Positions 52,062 through 64,000 of a stretch of DNA of 64,000 bases are shown in pieces. The DNA is from Geosiphon pyriformis uo1 (lineage: Eukaryota; Fungi; Glomeromycota). Position numbers and translations under genes: made by a program. The stretch lies in the NCBI GenBank assembly GCA_016748015.1, contig JAAOMT010000134.1, positions 502,757 through 566,756 of the forward strand, given 5' to 3'. Below the pieces are notes generated by a model. The model searched no databases. It saw only the letters and a program-made list of their open reading frames with translations, and was not told where the DNA came from. Positions within the stretch are counted from its first letter, which is position 1; each line of letters starts with the position of its first letter.

Positions 52062-52277
52062 TATGGAAGGACCTTTTTGCAATATAAAAGCTTGTGGGAT
52101 TCTTAAAAGAACGAAAATACTCAATATTTGAATAACCCATCTGGGATCTTGTATTACGAACATATAAGAACCTCATTGGTCTGATTCCTTTAGATTGTGT
52201 TTATCCAATCATAAACTATAGTTGATTCTGATTAAATTAATTTTTTGTTTCGCTCTAGATTTTCAAATGAGAAAAAA
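52062..52277. promoter_or_regulatory. Short divergent intergenic region, likely a bidirectional promoter (VPS26 / ValRS)
   Basis: Only about 216 bp between opposite start codons. Oppositely oriented CCAAT boxes (ATTGG at about 52175, CCAAT at about 52205). Confidence 0.55.
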
Positions 52278-57021
<4,744 letters not shown>

Positions 57022-57130
57022 CGCTAAATATAGTACATAAATTCCAAGATATCTAAAACAATTAGCGATCCCGATTCCTTAATCGATTACTTATATCATT
57101 TCATCAGCTTATATAAATTTCCCATGTTCA

Positions 57131-58307
<1,177 letters not shown>

Positions 58308-58673
58308 TTTTTCTGATAGAAAATACACAAACTGTGACAAATTAGATGAGTAAAATTTTTATTAGATTTTCATTATATTATAGATTACGTATTTGATTCA
58401 CTTTGGGTGATGTGTAATAAATATTCTCTTAAAACAGTAGTATGAATTATTTTAAACTTCTGTCGTCCTCTTTGCACGTGTTAATATATTTTTGTGATCA
58501 CACATCATACGATATTTCTGTTGATGCTGGGCTAAAAAAGCTGACACATCGAACATTAATTCGAAAAGCCGTTTGTCTATTAAAAGCTTTTATTCACTGC
58601 TTCAAAATCATCTCACCCATACAACACTTGTTCTATTCAAAAATCGAAAATTAATTGAATAATACAAGGATAA

Positions 58674-60855
58674 ATGGCGACCAAAGTGATTGTTGTTGGT
58701 GGTGGTCTATCGGGTCTTTCCTCGGCCCACACGGTTTTGGAACACGGTGGTAACGTTTTGGTACTCGATAAAAATTCTTTTTTTGGCGGAAACTCAACCA
58801 AAGCTACCTCTGGTATAAACGGTGCTTTAACAAGGACTCAAATTGGTAAGCATTCAGTTAAAAATTGTGATAAACACAATAAAGAAAATTCAAAACTTTC
58901 AAGAATATTTTCATTGTGTAACTGCTCTCTATAGAGCATGGTCGATGATTAAATCGGAAATTCTATCTTTTTCGGAAAGCTTAACTTAAATTTTGCCAGT
59001 TTCCTCTAATTTACGACTTTACAACTAAATACAATAGCCCAGAATATTAAAGATTCTGTCGAACTCTTCGCCGCTGACACAACCAAATCGGCACGTGATC
59101 TGGCACGCCCTGACTTAATCAAGGTTCTCACTGGCAACTCTGCTTCTGCTGTTGAATGGCTTCAAGACAAATTCAACTTGGACCTTTCACTAGTTTCACG
59201 ATTAGGAGGGCATTCACAACCACGTACACATCGTGGTAAGGAGATGTTCCCTGGTATGACGATAACCTATGCTTTAATGGAACTTTTGGAAGAAATTTCT
59301 CAAAAAGAGCCTAATAGATGCCAGATTATTATGAAAGCGCGTGCTACTAAGCTTGTTCAAGAAAACGATGTAGTGATAGGGGTCGAATATGAAAAGGATG
59401 GTCAGAAATTTACAGAATACGGTCCGGTTATTCTAGCGACTGGTGGTTATGCCGCCGATTTCACTGAAAACTCGTTGCTCAAAAAATATAGACCAGATAT
59501 TTATGATCTCCCGACCACAAACGGAGATCATTGTACTGGTGATGGTCACAAAATGGTTTTAGCTATTGGAGGCAAGGGCATTGACCTTGAGAAGGTCCAA
59601 GTCCATCCAACTGGCCTAGTGGATCCAAAAGAGCCTGATGCCAAAATTAAGTTTTTAGCTGCTGAGGCACTTCGTGGTGTAGGTGGCATTTTATTGAATG
59701 CTGAGGGTAAACGCTTCTGCGATGAATTGGGCCATCGTGATTATGTCACTGGTGAAATATGGAAAACCAAGACCCCTGTTCGTTTAGTTCTTAACAGCAA
59801 AGCATCAAAGGAAATTGAATGGCATTGCAAGCACTATGTGGGTCGTGGTTTAATGAAACCATTGAATGGAGAAGAGCTTGCTAAAGAAATTGGTATCTCT
59901 CCCGAAACTCTGCAAGCTACATTCCATGAATACAATGCCATTGCTGAAGGGAAAAAGAAAGATCCTTTTGGCAAGAAATTCTTCCATAATACTCCTTTCT
60001 CGATTCAAGATAAATTTCATGTCTCCATTATGAGCCCTGTGCTACATTATACCATGGTCAGTAAAATTCTTCCTCACCTATTCTTTTGCTCATTTCCATT
60101 TCTTAGCTATTAAACAGCTTTATAATCCAGGGTGGCGTTGAAATTAACGCAGATGCTGAAGTTAAAAATGAACAAGGTCAAGTCATCACTGGTCTTTACG
60201 CAACTGGTGAATTGGCTGGAGGGGTTCATGGTGCGAATCGTCTTGGTGGTTCATCCTTGCTGGGATGCGTAGTCTTTGGACGTGTAGCAGGAGACACGGC
60301 GTCACGCCATTTGTTACAAAATTTATCTTCAGTAGAAACTGCGAATCGTCGTCTTGGTCAAATCGCCGGCCAAATTGCACCATATCAGGCTAAAGTATTA
60401 GTGGATCCTTCATCTCAAAAAGTATTATTAGAAATTTCTTGGGCTTCGGGAGGAAGCCTTCCTACGACCCAAGCATCAACCGCCCTCACAACGGCACAGC
60501 AGGCGTCAACACCAGCTCAACCACCTAAAAAAAAAGAAGCCCCGAAATTAGGGTCCTACACCCTCGATGACGTTTCGAAACATAACACTGAAAAAGATTG
60601 TTGGGTTGTTGTGAACGGTCAAGTACTAGATGTCACCAGCTTTTTACCAGATCATCCTGGTGGCAAAAAGGCGATACTTCTTTATGCTGGCCGAGATGCG
60701 ACAGAAGAGTTTAATATGCTTCATAATAAAAATGTTAGTATACCTAATCATTCTGATTGATTTTTTTTTCATAATTGTTTTTTCTCAAAAGATCTTTCTG
60801 TTAGGTGATTGAAAAATACGCGCCAAACACGGTTATTGGGACTTTGGAAAAGTAA
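58674..60855 (+). CDS. Soluble FAD-dependent fumarate reductase (Osm1/Frd1-like) with C-terminal cytochrome b5 domain (4 exons)
   Basis: [59 protein letters not shown]; cytochrome b5 motifs HPGG and [10 protein letters not shown]. Confidence 0.93.
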
Positions 60856-61439
60856 CAATACAAAGTTCCTGGCCGTTTGAAAGGAAGGAATTTCATATTT
60901 TAAGATTTTTTTGCAATAATTACACTTTGATTCCATTAGGGATAATATCATACAAATACAACGCTTTTTAATAAGATGATAGAAACAAGTAACGATTCTA
61001 CTTTGTATTTATAGTTCTAGTACTAAATTGAAGGAAACTTCGCGATCATAAGCTAAAACTCTTGACAATTGGTAATGAAACCATATTCTGCTTTGAATCC
61101 CACTTTGTAGAATCGACTTTTTGCAATAAAGAAACAGAGATTAATGAAACCAATTTTCATTCTGAAACCTATAAGGTTTTTCATTAACGATTTACATTAA
61201 AAATCATTGTAACAATCTGCTTGCATTTCTTTATATTAATGCCAAGCACACAATAATTACAAATGTATTAATATTTTGAAATGATAATATTAAATAATAT
61301 TTAATATTTAATAAATTTTTTGATTTTTTCTTAAATTTTGATAATATTTTTTAGAATTATTTATTAATTTGTTATTTATTTTTCAAGTTATTATTAAAAC
61401 TATTTATTTATTTTTAAATATTCGTTTTTGAATTTTTTT

Positions 61440-62300
61440 AAATTATTATTATTATTATTATTAACAAGTAAGATCTAATTATTACTTATTATAATACAAT
61501 ATATTATTAAAGTATATATATATATTTTACATGTAATTAAATATTTAGCCAGCCAAAACTATATTATATATATACAACAATAAAAATATCACAATTTAAA
61601 TCAAAAAACAGATAATTTTTTCTTAAAATTAAAATTAATTAAGTAGTTTTTAAAAATATTTAATTTGTATACAGTTTTTATAAAAACCACAATTTAAAAA
61701 CTTTACATATTATTAAACAAAATTTGGTAGCATTTAACAAAAGTTTTTTTTATAATTAATAATTAAACTGTATTTTTGGTATTTTTAAATACTTTTAATA
61801 ATTGTTTTTAACAACTTTTTACAATAATTAAAGCATAAAAAAAACCTAATATTAACTTTTTTAAATCAATAAATAATATTTTTTTACATATGAAAATTTT
61901 TTAAGCATATAAAAGCATAATTAAATATATTTATTTTACTATAATAAGTATATAATACACTTAAATATAATGAATTATAAAATCTTTTTTTAATAACAAT
62001 AAACAACTTTCTGTGTACATAACTTTTATTATACAAATACACAAATTTATTATTGTTTTGTTAACATTTTATACAATTAAAATATTAATATATTTGATTT
62101 TTAAACTCAACTTCTTATTAAATACAGTTACATTTATTTCATAAAATGATTGGCATTATCAATTTTTTTTTTGAATTATTTAATTTCAGTTTAAATAAAT
62201 TTTTTTATATCTTTAAAAATGAAAAATCTTATTTAATGTAACACATAATTACAATTCTAAAATATATAGGTACAATTAATTGTAAGCAATGTAATGCTTA
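61440..62300 (-). mobile_element. Hypermutated LINE 3' fossil in an intergenic AT island; boundaries approximate
   Basis: 61460-61565 resembles the LINE 3' UTR. 62005-62040 (ctttctgtgtacataacttttatta) resembles 35408-35432, and about 61845 (aacctaatattaac) resembles 35171. Confidence 0.55.
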
Positions 62301-62683
62301 TTTGTCACATTTATAATTTTATTTTTAAAATGTAATATTTTAACTTGTAATAATTAAAATGCTTAATCCCAAACTATTTGTTTATTAAAATGATAATATT
62401 TGTTGATAATTATGTGTTTTTTGAATAAGGTCAATGTTGTGAGCACTTTGAGCTTTGTTTTTCTGAATTGAATGCTTAAAAATATGACTTTCAAGCGCTA
62501 TCAAACTGTGATATAATGGCGACAGGCAAATAATTTGATATTTTGACTATTTAAAAATATAAGTTCTAATCTCAAATATACTTATGTAATTATGTAAGCC
62601 ACTGATTTATCATGGCATGTTTCCATCTCAGTGATTTAAATTCAAGTGCAGTCACTAGTCACGTCCACACATTTTTTGCTAAA

Positions 62684-64000
62684 ATGTCGGCAAAAAAATA
62701 TAACCCTCCCTTCACAGCTGACTTGCCCAGTCGCTTAGAGGCCTTAAAATTGAAAGAAAAGTTGGACAAGGTTACTTTTAAACAGGAACCGAACGAGCTG
62801 GGTGTTAAAAATTTCGCTACCGCTCGAGAACCGGTTGAAGAAACCTTTAGGAATGAGACGAAGCCGGTTAATTCAACTTCTATGAACATGAGAGGCTCTG
62901 TTAACTTGATTCCTTTCAGTCGAGATCATGTTCAGATCAAACAAGAGTCCCCGGATTCAACTTCTACAAACCCAAAACGACGACATTCTCCCGGCGACCG
63001 CCCCCTTCCTGGACCATTTAATAGTTCTAATTATTTTTCTAGAAGTATCAAGAGAGAAAGTAGTAGTCAAAGTGACGATGACAGTATTCAAGCCGAAGAA
63101 CAAGAGCAGAAACCTGTAATCAAAGTTGAGTTTGACGATTCTGATATTATTTTGGAAGAAGTTGAGGTGCTTCAAGAGGGTAAGGTGATGAAGGTTTTCA
63201 ATATTGAGGCGGAAGAAGAAAAAGAAGAAGAGAAAACGCAAAGGAAACTGAAGCAACGAGCACCGCTGAAATCAGACCAACAAGACGAACATCAATTTCA
63301 GCAAAACCCAAATCGACGACAAACTTACCAAAAACCAAACCAACAGCCGAAATTGAATCAGCAACAAGAAGAAATATCAAAGTTTTTCAGCTCTGTACAA
63401 CAATTGCAATTCGAGTCATCATCATCATCATCATCATCAACAACTCCCAACAACTATCGAAGGGATGATTCATCTTCTCAAGTCGTTTCAAAGTTTGGTG
63501 GAAAAAAGGATTTATCTTCATTTTCATCAAATCAATGGATACCTACATCTTATGAATCGTCAAAAGATGGACCACTTTCCAACACTCTGGTACATCATCA
63601 AAAATCACCTGAGAATCCCTCACAATGGTCATATAAGTATCGGAGGCAGCTAATTTCACAAGATGAAGCTTTTGAAGTATTTCAAAATCAACAAAATTAT
63701 TTGGTACCAAAACAAAACAATTTGAAAGAGTATTATGATCAACAATTGGAACAATTAAAAAAACAACAAGAGATTACGCAACGGCAAATTAAACTGTTGC
63801 AACAAAAACAACAACAAATAGAATCTCAAACATCAAATTCATCACAAAGTAATCAATCACAATTAAGCAGAACTTCAAAACCAAAATTATCACGATCAGT
63901 TATTCTACCTAAATCCTCTTCAAATATTGACATAAATACCGTTACTCTCACATTACTTCGTCAACTTGACTTTGTTCTTTATGAACATGTCATGGAAATT
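62684..64000 (+). CDS. Uncharacterised low-complexity Q/S/E-rich protein, open to the window end (439 codons visible)
   Basis: AAAATGTCG start. No stop through 64000 (MSAKKYNPPF...LLRQLDFVLYEHVMEI). CpG retained. Absent from the ORF track, presumably because it has no stop codon in the window. Confidence 0.75.
   Translation, partial: MSAKKYNPPFTADLPSRLEALKLKEKLDKVTFKQEPNELGVKNFATAREPVEETFRNETKPVNSTSMNMRGSVNLIPFSRDHVQIKQESPDSTSTNPKRRHSPGDRPLPGPFNSSNYFSRSIKRESSSQSDDDSIQAEEQEQKPVIKVEFDDSDIILEEVEVLQEGKVMKVFNIEAEEEKEEEKTQRKLKQRAPLKSDQQDEHQFQQNPNRRQTYQKPNQQPKLNQQQEEISKFFSSVQQLQFESSSSSSSSTTPNNYRRDDSSSQVVSKFGGKKDLSSFSSNQWIPTSYESSKDGPLSNTLVHHQKSPENPSQWSYKYRRQLISQDEAFEVFQNQQNYLVPKQNNLKEYYDQQLEQLKKQQEITQRQIKLLQQKQQQIESQTSNSSQSNQSQLSRTSKPKLSRSVILPKSSSNIDINTVTLTLLRQLDFVLYEHVMEI

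Noticed and set aside
58846-59037. Intronic snoRNA in the fumarate reductase first intron
   Set aside because: The intron is longer than typical, but no convincing C/D or H/ACA box pair is present.

Overview
Eukaryotic (fungal) genomic DNA. It is most likely from a Glomeromycotina species; the repeat-derived proteins resemble Geosiphon pyriformis hypothetical proteins, which is recognition from memory and not verified. About 1-45 kb is a nested retrotransposon graveyard. It holds several RNase H-bearing LINEs (three readable on the minus strand, others reduced to very AT-rich fossils), an ORF1-only LINE derivative, two families of Ty3/Gypsy LTR elements (A and B; TGTTAC...GTAACA termini, 4-bp TSDs) and four solo or split LTRs. 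Both Gypsy families carry an unusual polyprotein (Gag-PR-Cys-rich domain-dUTPase, followed by RT-RH-IN in A) plus a conserved extra ORF3 just before the PPT. Almost all repeat copies are disabled by C>T/G>A transitions with reading frames largely kept, and decay increases with nesting depth. This RIP-like signature is absent from neighbouring genes. From about 46 kb there is a compact, intron-rich housekeeping cluster: TBC1D5-like Rab-GAP, VPS26, valyl-tRNA synthetase, proteasome alpha subunit (SCL1/PSMA6), fumarate reductase-cytochrome b5 fusion, and an uncharacterised gene running off the window end.
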